Source: Kiritimatiellia bacterium (GTDB lineage: Bacteria > Verrucomicrobiota > Kiritimatiellia > RFP12 > UBA1067). Taken from it: 64,000 nucleotides of DNA. Shown here in pieces: positions 9,799 to 17,369 of this stretch. Made by a program: the position numbers and the translations under genes. The notes under the pieces are model-generated. The model searched no databases, was not told the DNA's origin, and saw nothing but the letters and a program-made list of their open reading frames with translations. Positions within the stretch are counted from its first letter, which is position 1, and every line of letters starts with the position of its first letter. The DNA lies in contig JBJEWA010000010.1 in the NCBI GenBank assembly GCA_051884805.1, positions 3,901 through 67,900 of the forward strand, read 5' to 3'.

Positions 9799-9828
9799 TT
9801 GCGCCGCCACAATATTTTGTGGTATCAT
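9799..9828 (+). promoter_or_regulatory. nrdDG promoter (TTGCGC-N18-TGgTATCAT)
   Basis: -35-like 9799-9804 and extended -10 9820-9828. About 60-nt leader with GGAGGAG before ATG 9896. Confidence 0.45.
9807..9822. promoter_or_regulatory. NrdR-box-like palindrome
   Basis: CCACAATATTTTGTGG is a 16-bp palindrome resembling the NrdR box consensus (acaCaATATaTtGtgt). It lies in the promoter spacer of a ribonucleotide reductase operon. Confidence 0.55.
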
Positions 9829-9895
9829 ACTCGACGGTCATACAACAGAAGGTAAATTTCGAGTTCTAAACCGGTTCGGGAGGAGAAGGTCAGCG

Positions 9896-12085
9896 ATGAA
9901 GGCGATGAAGATCATCAAGCGTTCGGGCCAGGAGGTCGAGTTCGACATCACGAAGATTGCGAACGCGATTCGCAAGGCGAGCCAGGCGGTTGACTACAAG
10001 AACGCCCTGAGCGAGGGGCGGATTGCGCTGATCGCCGAGGAAGTCGCGGGCGTCTGTGCGGCGCGCGACCGGGCGATGACGGTCGAAGAGGTCCAGGACG
10101 TCGTCGAGAACAAGATCATGGAGATGGGCTCCCATGAGATCGCCAAGAAGTACATCGTCTACCGCTACAAGCGCCAGCTGGCGCGCAAGGCGAACACGAC
10201 CGACGAGCAGATTCTCTCCCTCATCGAGTGCAACAACGAGGACGTCAAGCAGGAGAACTCGAACAAGAACCCGACGATCAACTCGGTGCAGCGCGACTAC
10301 ATGGCCGGCGAGGTGTCGAAGGACGTCGCCTCGCGCCTGCTGCTGCCGCTGGACGTCGTGCAGGCGCACAAGGACGGCCTGATCCACTTCCATGACATGG
10401 ACTACTATGCGCAGCACATGCACAACTGCGATCTCGTCAACCTCGAGGACATGCTGCAGAACGGCACGGTCATCTCGGGAACGATGATCGAGAAGCCGAA
10501 GAGCTTCTCCACCGCGTGCAACATCGCGACGCAGATCATCGCGCAGGTCGCCTCGAACCAGTACGGCGGCCAGTCCATTTCGCTGACGCACCTGGCGCCG
10601 TTCGTCGACGTCTCGCGGCAGGCGATCCGCCGGGAGCTTGCGGACGAATGCGCCGTGGCGGGCGTGACGATGGCGAAGGAGAAGTTCGACGCGATCGTCG
10701 AGAAGCGCGTGCGCAAGGAGATCGAGAAGGGCGTGCAGACGATCCAGTACCAGGTCGTCACGCTCATGACCACGAACGGGCAGGCGCCGTTCGTCACGGT
10801 GTTCATGTACCTCGGCGAGGCGCGCAACGAGCAGGAGAAGCGGGACCTGGCGATCATCGTCGAGGAGGTCCTGAACGAGCGCATCAAGGGCGTGAAGAAC
10901 GAGCAGGGCGTCTACATCACGCCGGCGTTCCCGAAGCTCATCTACGTGCTCGAGGAGCAGAACGTCCGTCCTGGCACGCCATTCTGGCACCTGACCGAGC
11001 TGGCGGCGAAGTGCACGGCGAAGCGCATGGTGCCGGACTACATTTCCGAGAAGAAGATGCTCGAGTACAAGGTCGACAAGAACGGCAACGGCAACTGCTA
11101 CACCTGCATGGGCTGCCGCTCGTTCCTGACGCCGTTCGTCGACGAGCAGGGCAAGCCCAGGTACTACGGCCGCTTCAACCAGGGCGTCGTCACGGTCAAC
11201 CTGGTGGACGCGGCGCTTTCCGCCCACGGCGACCTGGAGAAGTTCTGGCGGATCCTCGGCGAGCGCTGCGAACTCTGCCACAAGGCGCTGCAGTGCCGTC
11301 ACGAGCGCCTGACTGGAACCCTGTCCGACGCGGCGCCGATCCTGTGGCAGTACGGGGCGCTGACGCGGCTGCCGAAGGGGACGCCGATCGACAAGTACCT
11401 GCACGGCGGCTATTCGACGATTTCGCTCGGCTACGCCGGCCTGTGGGAGGCGGTCTTCGCCCTGAACGGGAAGAAGCTGACCGAGCCGGAGGGCGAGGAG
11501 CTCGGGCTGGAGATCATGCGGAAGCTCAACGAGTACACGGCGAAGTGGAAGGCCGCGGAGAGCATCGACTACTCGCTTTACGGCACGCCGCTCGAATCCA
11601 CGACCTACAAGTTCGCGAAGTGCCTGCAGAAGCGCTTCGGCGTCATCAAGGGCGTCACCGACCGCAACTACATCACGAACTCGTACCACGTGCACGTGAC
11701 CGAGCAGATCGACGCGTTCAAGAAGCTCGAGCTCGAGGCGAAGTTCCAGAAGCTCTCGCCTGGCGGCGCGATCAGCTACGTCGAGGTGCCGAACATGCAG
11801 CACAACCTGCCGGCGGTCCTCGCGATCATGCAGTACATCTACGACCACATCATGTACGCCGAGCTGAACACCAAGAGCGACTACTGCCAGGTGTGCGGCT
11901 TCGACGGCGAAATCGAGATCGTGCGGGACGAGAGCGGCAAGCTCGTCTGGAAGTGTCCCAAGTGCGGCAACACGGACGAGGCGAAGCTCAACGTCGCGCG
12001 CCGCACCTGCGGCTACATCGGCTCCCAGTTCTGGAACCAGGGGCGGACGCAGGAGATCAAGGAGCGCGTTCTTCACGTCTCGTGA
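9896..12085 (+). CDS. nrdD: Anaerobic ribonucleoside-triphosphate reductase
   Basis: ATP-cone N-terminus, C-terminal zinc ribbon CQVCGFDG...CPKCG, and glycyl-radical motif RRTCGYIG. Confidence 0.95.
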   Translation: MKAMKIIKRSGQEVEFDITKIANAIRKASQAVDYKNALSEGRIALIAEEVAGVCAARDRAMTVEEVQDVVENKIMEMGSHEIAKKYIVYRYKRQLARKANTTDEQILSLIECNNEDVKQENSNKNPTINSVQRDYMAGEVSKDVASRLLLPLDVVQAHKDGLIHFHDMDYYAQHMHNCDLVNLEDMLQNGTVISGTMIEKPKSFSTACNIATQIIAQVASNQYGGQSISLTHLAPFVDVSRQAIRRELADECAVAGVTMAKEKFDAIVEKRVRKEIEKGVQTIQYQVVTLMTTNGQAPFVTVFMYLGEARNEQEKRDLAIIVEEVLNERIKGVKNEQGVYITPAFPKLIYVLEEQNVRPGTPFWHLTELAAKCTAKRMVPDYISEKKMLEYKVDKNGNGNCYTCMGCRSFLTPFVDEQGKPRYYGRFNQGVVTVNLVDAALSAHGDLEKFWRILGERCELCHKALQCRHERLTGTLSDAAPILWQYGALTRLPKGTPIDKYLHGGYSTISLGYAGLWEAVFALNGKKLTEPEGEELGLEIMRKLNEYTAKWKAAESIDYSLYGTPLESTTYKFAKCLQKRFGVIKGVTDRNYITNSYHVHVTEQIDAFKKLELEAKFQKLSPGGAISYVEVPNMQHNLPAVLAIMQYIYDHIMYAELNTKSDYCQVCGFDGEIEIVRDESGKLVWKCPKCGNTDEAKLNVARRTCGYIGSQFWNQGRTQEIKERVLHVS

Positions 12086-12579
12086 ACTACGCCTCCATCC
12101 GCACCTGCGACATCGCCAACGGAGAGGGAGTGCGAGTCTCCCTCTTCGTTTCTGGCTGTACGCACCGGTGCAAGGGCTGCTTCAATCCCGACCAGTGGGA
12201 CTTCGCCTGCGGCGAGCCGTTCACGCGTGAAGTCGAGGACGGCCTCCTGTCGGCGCTGGCGCCGGATTTCGTCGCCGGGCTGACCATCCTCGGCGGCGAG
12301 CCGATGGAGCCGGACAACCAGCGCGCGCTCGTGCCGTTCCTGCGCCGTTTCCGCGAGCGGTTCGGCGACACGAAGACCCTGTGGGTCTACACCGGCTGCG
12401 TGCTGGAGGAGCTGCGCGCCGGCGCACCGCCCTCCCGCTGGCGCACCGAGGTGACGGACGAGTTCCTGTCGATGGTCGACGTGCTGGTCGACGGTCCCTT
12501 CGTCGAGGAACTGAAGGACATCTCCCTGCCGTTTCGCGGCAGCTCCAACCAGCGCATCCTGCGGTTGCGCCGCCCTTGA
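12082..12579 (+). CDS. nrdG: Anaerobic RNR activating protein (radical SAM)
   Basis: GTG 12082 overlaps the nrdD stop (GTGA). CTHRCKGCFN cluster motif. Tail of track ORF 10516-12579. Confidence 0.9.
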   Translation: MNYASIRTCDIANGEGVRVSLFVSGCTHRCKGCFNPDQWDFACGEPFTREVEDGLLSALAPDFVAGLTILGGEPMEPDNQRALVPFLRRFRERFGDTKTLWVYTGCVLEELRAGAPPSRWRTEVTDEFLSMVDVLVDGPFVEELKDISLPFRGSSNQRILRLRRP

Positions 12580-12604
12580 CATCTTCGGGGAATAAAGCCA
12601 TAAT
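12576..12604 (+). promoter_or_regulatory. rnf promoter TTGACA-N17-CATAAT
   Basis: Consensus -35 overlaps the nrdG stop. The -10 lies at 12599-12604, 11 nt before ATG 12616. Confidence 0.55.
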
Positions 12605-12615
12605 ATCCGCAAACC

Positions 12616-13203
12616 ATGAGTTACTACCTGATGATCCTCGTCGGCGCGGTGCTGGTGAACAACTTCGTTCTGAGCCGCTTTCTCGGGTGCTGTCCGTTCC
12701 TCGGCGTCTCCAAGAAGACGGAGACGGCGCTGGGCATGTCCGGAGCCGTGGTCTTCGTGATGACGATGGCCGCGGCCGTCACCTGGTGCCTTGACCACTG
12801 GCTGCTCCGGCCGAACGGCCTCGGGTACGTCCACACGCTGGCGTTCATTCTCGTCATCGCGGCGCTGGTGCAGTTCATCGACATCGCGATGAAGCGGTTC
12901 CTGCCGCCGCTGCACGCCGCGCTGGGCATCTTCCTGCCGCTGATCACGACGAACTGCGCGGTGCTGGGTGCCGCCGAGATCAACTGCAAGCAGGGAACCG
13001 GCTTCTTCGAGTCGGTCTTCTTCTCGTTTGCGGCGGCGATCGGCTTCGGTTTCGCGCTGGTCGTCTTCTCCGGCATCCGCGAGCGGCTTGCGCATGCGGA
13101 TCCGCCGCGCTGCTTTCAGGGCATCGCCCTGGCGCTGGTGACGGGCGGTCTGCTCTCGCTGGCCTTCATGGGCTTCTCCGGGCTGGTCAAACTTCCCTAT
13201 TGA
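12616..13203 (+). CDS. rnfA: Rnf electron transport complex subunit A
   Basis: VLVNNFVLSRFLGCCPFLGVSKKTETALGM matches the RnfA/RsxA N-terminal signature. Confidence 0.9.
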   Translation: MSYYLMILVGAVLVNNFVLSRFLGCCPFLGVSKKTETALGMSGAVVFVMTMAAAVTWCLDHWLLRPNGLGYVHTLAFILVIAALVQFIDIAMKRFLPPLHAALGIFLPLITTNCAVLGAAEINCKQGTGFFESVFFSFAAAIGFGFALVVFSGIRERLAHADPPRCFQGIALALVTGGLLSLAFMGFSGLVKLPY

Positions 13204-13252
13204 GACGGCGATTCCGTTCTTCAACTTCAACCCAGACTTCAACCTCTCCCTC

Positions 13253-14062
13253 ATGACTACCGCCATTCTCGTCATCGCCGGCATCGGACTGGTCGCCGCC
13301 ATCGTGCTGGCCGTCGCCGACAAGTGTCTTTCGGTCCGGGAGGATCCGCGCATCGGCATGGTGACGGCCGAACTGCCCGGCGCCAACTGCGGCGGCTGCG
13401 GCTTCGCCGGCTGCGACGGCTATGCGCGGGCGCTGGTGGCCGGGACGGCGCCGAACGGCGCCTGCGCGGCGGGCGGCGAGGCGTGCGCGGCGGCGATTGC
13501 GAAGATTCTCGGCATGGCGGCGACGGCGGCCGAGCGGCGCGTGGCGCTGGTCCGGTGCTGCGGCACGCGGTCCGAGGCGATCCGCGTCGGGGACTACAAC
13601 GGCATCTGCGACTGCGGCGTCGCGGCGGCGACGGCGGGCGGCGACAAGGGCTGCAAGTACGGCTGTCTCGGCTACGGGGCGTGTGCGCACGTCTGCCCGA
13701 AGCAGGCGATTTCGGTGCACGACGGGCTCGCCAGGGTTGACAAGCGCCTGTGCATCGGGTGCGGCAAGTGCGTGACGGCGTGTCCGAAGCGCCTGATCGA
13801 GCTCGTGCCCGCCTCGGCGACGATCCACGTCCTCTGCGCGAATCCGGACAAGGGGCCGAACGTGCGCAAGGTCTGCGGCGTCGGGTGCCTCGGGTGCCGT
13901 CTCTGCGAGAAGAACTCCGGCGGCAAGGAGGCCGGCCATTTCGTCTTTGACGGCTTTCTCGCGAAGGTCAACTACGACAATCCTCCGACCGACGAGCAGG
14001 TCGCGAACAAGTGTCCGGCGAAGTGCATGAGCGTCGACCCGCATTTCGAGACGGGGAAGTGA
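13253..14062 (+). CDS. rnfB: Rnf complex subunit B (polyferredoxin)
   Basis: N-terminal TM helix, CGGCGFAGC motif and several CxxCxxCxxxCP clusters. Confidence 0.85.
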   Translation: MTTAILVIAGIGLVAAIVLAVADKCLSVREDPRIGMVTAELPGANCGGCGFAGCDGYARALVAGTAPNGACAAGGEACAAAIAKILGMAATAAERRVALVRCCGTRSEAIRVGDYNGICDCGVAAATAGGDKGCKYGCLGYGACAHVCPKQAISVHDGLARVDKRLCIGCGKCVTACPKRLIELVPASATIHVLCANPDKGPNVRKVCGVGCLGCRLCEKNSGGKEAGHFVFDGFLAKVNYDNPPTDEQVANKCPAKCMSVDPHFETGK

Positions 14063-14091
14063 GGTCGTCGGCAAGGGGGGAACGGGAGCGC

Positions 14092-15480
14092 ATGAAGACG
14101 GTCAGAAGCTCGTTTCGGTTCAGGGGTGGCGTTCATCCCGATTACAGCAAGGAACTCGCGCGCGGCAAGCCGATCGAGCGGATGCCGTGTCCGGCGGAGC
14201 TCGTCGTCTCGATGAGCCAGCATCTCGGCGCGCCGGCGAAGTGCGTCGTGAAGGCCGGCGACCACGTGGTGCGGGGTCAGCTGCTCGGCGAGCGCAACGG
14301 CTTCATTTCCGTTGCCGTCTTTGCGCCGGCGGACGGTCTCGTGAAGGCGGTCGAGCCGCGTCAGGGCGCCGCAGGCGGCCAGGCGACCGCCGTCATTCTC
14401 GACACGACCGCGCCGGCCCCGGCCGATGCCGGCGCTTCGGCGGCGGACTGGCGGCTGGAACCGCTCGACTGGCGTTCCGCCAGCCGGGAAGAGCTGCTCG
14501 CCCGCATCGATGCGGCCGGCATCTGCGGCATGGGCGGCGCGGGCTTTCCGACCAGCGTCAAGCTGAATCCGCCGCCCGGCAAGCGCTGCGAGTACCTGAT
14601 CCTGAACGGCGCGGAATGCGAGCCGTACCTGTGCGCCGACCACCGCGTGATGCTCGAACGGGCGGACCGCATCCGTCTCGGCGTCGAGATCATGCGCAAG
14701 ATTCTCGGCATGCCGGCCGTGCGCATCGCCGTCGAGGCGAACAAGCCCGATGCGGTCGCCGCGCTTGAGCGGGCCTTTGCGGACATCGACGGGAACGTCG
14801 AGATCGTCGTGCTGCCGGTCATGTATCCGCAGGGCAGCGAGAAGCACCAGATCTACGCGACGGTCGGGCGCGTCGTGCCCGAACCGCCCGCGCTGCCGAT
14901 TGACGTTGGCTGCGTCGTAGAGAACGTCGGCACGGTCGTGGCGATCGCCGATGCGGTCGAGCGCGGCGAGCGCCTGCTCTCGCGCGTGACCACCGTCTCG
15001 GGCGACGCCGTCGCCGAGCCGAAGAACATCGAGGCGCCGATTGGGACGAAGTATTCCGATCTCGTCGCCTTCTGCGGCGGCGAACTGGGCGTGCCGGCGA
15101 AGGTAATCTCGGGCGGCACGATGATGGGCTTTTCGGTGCCGTCCCTGTCCGTTGCGACGACGAAGACGACGTCCGGGCTGCTGCTCCTGTCCGGGCGGCG
15201 GGTGTTCTGCTATTCGTCTCAGGCCTGCGTGAACTGCGGGCGTTGCGTCCGCGTCTGTCCGATGCGCCTGAGCGTCGCGGACATCGGCAAGGCCGTCGAG
15301 TCGGACGACGTCCGAAGCGCCGAGGACCTGCACGTGATGAGCTGCATCGAATGCGGCGCCTGTTCGTTCAGCTGTCCGGCGTACCGTCCCCTGACGCAGT
15401 TCTGCCGCCGGGCGAAAGCCTCGATTCGCGCGCGCATGGCCGCTGAGAAGGCGAAAGCCGCCGCCGCCGCGAAGAAATAG
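14092..15480 (+). CDS. rnfC: Rnf complex subunit C
   Basis: Track ORF trimmed to MKTVRSSFRFRGGVHP. Motifs GMGGAGFPT, CVNCGRCVRVCP and CIECGACSFSCP. Confidence 0.9.
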   Translation: MKTVRSSFRFRGGVHPDYSKELARGKPIERMPCPAELVVSMSQHLGAPAKCVVKAGDHVVRGQLLGERNGFISVAVFAPADGLVKAVEPRQGAAGGQATAVILDTTAPAPADAGASAADWRLEPLDWRSASREELLARIDAAGICGMGGAGFPTSVKLNPPPGKRCEYLILNGAECEPYLCADHRVMLERADRIRLGVEIMRKILGMPAVRIAVEANKPDAVAALERAFADIDGNVEIVVLPVMYPQGSEKHQIYATVGRVVPEPPALPIDVGCVVENVGTVVAIADAVERGERLLSRVTTVSGDAVAEPKNIEAPIGTKYSDLVAFCGGELGVPAKVISGGTMMGFSVPSLSVATTKTTSGLLLLSGRRVFCYSSQACVNCGRCVRVCPMRLSVADIGKAVESDDVRSAEDLHVMSCIECGACSFSCPAYRPLTQFCRRAKASIRARMAAEKAKAAAAAKK

Positions 15481-15520
15481 ACCTCGTTTTGCCCACCGTC
15501 CGCCCTCCAGCTTCCACGCC

Positions 15521-16516
15521 ATGAAACCAAAAGACACTTCCGAACACTACATCCTGTCGAGCTCGCCGCACGCGCATGCGGACTGCAGCGTTTCGCGCAT
15601 CATGCTGGACGTCATCATCGCGCTCTTGCCGACCACTGCCGCGGGCATCTGGTTCTTCGGCTGGCCGGCCGTGTGGACGATTGCGGTCTGCGTGGCTACT
15701 TGCCTGACGACGGAGGCGCTCTGCCGCCTGGCGATGCGCCGCGAGAACACGCTCGGCGACCTCTCGGCCGTCGTGACGGGGATGCTGCTGGCGCTCAACC
15801 TGCCGGCCGGGCTGCCGCTCTGGATGGCCGTCCTGGGCTCGGTCTTCGCCATCGGCATCTGCAAGCAGGCCTTCGGCGGACTCGGGATGAATCCGTTCAA
15901 TCCGGCCCTGGCCGCGCGCGCGTTCATGCTCATCAGCTTCACGGGGCCGATGACGACGTGGCTCAAGCCGCTGTGGTGGAAGACGCCCGAGGCGATGACG
16001 ACGGCGACGCCGCTCGCCGCGATGAAGCGGCTCTTCGGCAGCGATGCCGTCGCCCAGGCGACGCCGCACGTCAAGCAGGCGCTGGCGGACCTCCCCGGGA
16101 CCTGGGACCTGCTGATCGGCAATATGCCCGGCTGCATCGGCGAAGTCTCGACCCTGGCGTTGGCGCTTGGCGCCGTCTATCTCCTCTGCCGCCGGGTGAT
16201 CACCTGGCACATTCCCGTCGCCTTCCTCCTGACGGTGTGGCTCTACGGCTATTTTGCCGGCGGGGCCCCGGCGCATCTGCAGGTACTGACCGGCGGGGTG
16301 ATGATCGGCGCCTGCTTTATGGCGACGGACTATGTCACTTCGCCGACGACGGCGTTCGGCAAGGTGGTCTTCGGCTGCGGCTGCGGGCTGCTCTGCATGC
16401 TGATTCGCCAGTTCGGCGCCTATCCGGAAGGCTGCTCGTTCGCGATTCTCATCATGAACGCCGTCTGTCCGCTCATCAACCGCTGGACGCGGCCGAAGCC
16501 CTTCGGGGCGAAGTAG
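15521..16516 (+). CDS. rnfD: Rnf complex subunit D
   Basis: Polytopic RnfD/NqrB-like protein with a TATPL flavinylation-type motif. Confidence 0.9.
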   Translation: MKPKDTSEHYILSSSPHAHADCSVSRIMLDVIIALLPTTAAGIWFFGWPAVWTIAVCVATCLTTEALCRLAMRRENTLGDLSAVVTGMLLALNLPAGLPLWMAVLGSVFAIGICKQAFGGLGMNPFNPALAARAFMLISFTGPMTTWLKPLWWKTPEAMTTATPLAAMKRLFGSDAVAQATPHVKQALADLPGTWDLLIGNMPGCIGEVSTLALALGAVYLLCRRVITWHIPVAFLLTVWLYGYFAGGAPAHLQVLTGGVMIGACFMATDYVTSPTTAFGKVVFGCGCGLLCMLIRQFGAYPEGCSFAILIMNAVCPLINRWTRPKPFGAK

Positions 16517-16541
16517 CGCCGAGATGAAGTAGCGCCGAGAT
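16510..16541. repeat. Perfect 16-bp tandem duplication GAAGTAGCGCCGAGAT x2
   Basis: Copy 1 at 16510-16525 contains the rnfD stop TAG. Copy 2 at 16526-16541 follows directly. Confidence 0.9.
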
Positions 16542-16557
16542 TATGATATAATCTCGG
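16535..16557. promoter_or_regulatory. 10-bp-arm palindrome enclosing a TGaTATAAT -10 element
   Basis: CCGAGATTAT (16535-16544) pairs with ATAATCTCGG (16548-16557). TATAAT lies at 16547-16552, 7 nt before ATG 16560. Confidence 0.5.
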
Positions 16558-16559
16558 GT

Positions 16560-17369
16560 ATGGTTACGTTGATTGTTGCGCTTGCCGTTGCCGGCGGCAG
16601 CTTTGCCGCGGCGTATTTTGCTGCGGACTGGGGAATGGGCTGGAGCGTCTTTGCGGGCGTGGTCGGCTTTGGCGTGTTTCAGGGCGTCGCGGGCTTTTTC
16701 CTGCAGAAGCGGGTGAAGCGCGACATGGAGCAGGTCCAGCAGATCCTGCTGGCCGGCCAGAAGCGTCTGCAGGCGAAGATGCAGGCCTGGCAGTTCCGGC
16801 CGCCGAGCTCGCTTCAGGCCGCGCAGCGGGAGATCGCCGCCGACACGAAGACGTTCGTCCGGGAGGCGCTGGCGCAGACGGAGTCGTTGCGCAAGTATCG
16901 GCTCTGGGTGCCGATGATGTCCCGGCAGATCGCGACCGCCCGGCTCCAGCTCAATTGGATGATCAAGGACTTCAAGGCCGTCGACGCGCTGATGCCGCAG
17001 GCGATCTGCCTCGACCCGACGATGGCGGCGATCAAGATGGCGCGGCTTTACATGCTGGGCCGGCCCGTCGGGGAGATCCGGAAGGTCTACGAGAAGGGCG
17101 TGCGTCGCGTCCGCTACAATGGCAACGTCCTGCTGGCGGCGACGATGAGCTGGATTCAGGTCGAGAAGGGCGATGCCGACGGGGCGTTCAAGACGCTCAC
17201 GGAGGCGCTCAGAAAGAGCGACGACGAGACGCTGAAGCGCAATCACGAACAGCTCATGAACAACCGCGTGGCGCATTTCTCGAACGCCGGGCTCGGCGAC
17301 CAGTGGTACTCGCTGTTCCTGGAGGAGCCGAAGACGCGCGTCCAGCGTCAGCGGAGCGCCTACCGATGA
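16560..17369 (+). CDS. Hypothetical membrane-anchored protein
   Basis: 269-aa ORF with coding-like GC3. Two N-terminal hydrophobic helices, then a helical soluble part. No motif I recognise, and it does not resemble RnfG or RnfE. Confidence 0.6.
   Translation: MVTLIVALAVAGGSFAAAYFAADWGMGWSVFAGVVGFGVFQGVAGFFLQKRVKRDMEQVQQILLAGQKRLQAKMQAWQFRPPSSLQAAQREIAADTKTFVREALAQTESLRKYRLWVPMMSRQIATARLQLNWMIKDFKAVDALMPQAICLDPTMAAIKMARLYMLGRPVGEIRKVYEKGVRRVRYNGNVLLAATMSWIQVEKGDADGAFKTLTEALRKSDDETLKRNHEQLMNNRVAHFSNAGLGDQWYSLFLEEPKTRVQRQRSAYR

Noticed and set aside
13219-13243. Three TTCAAC copies in the rnfA-rnfB spacer.
   Set aside because: The hexamers are short, irregularly spaced and in a pyrimidine-rich linker inside an operon. 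No symmetry or promoter context, so this is probably chance or low complexity.
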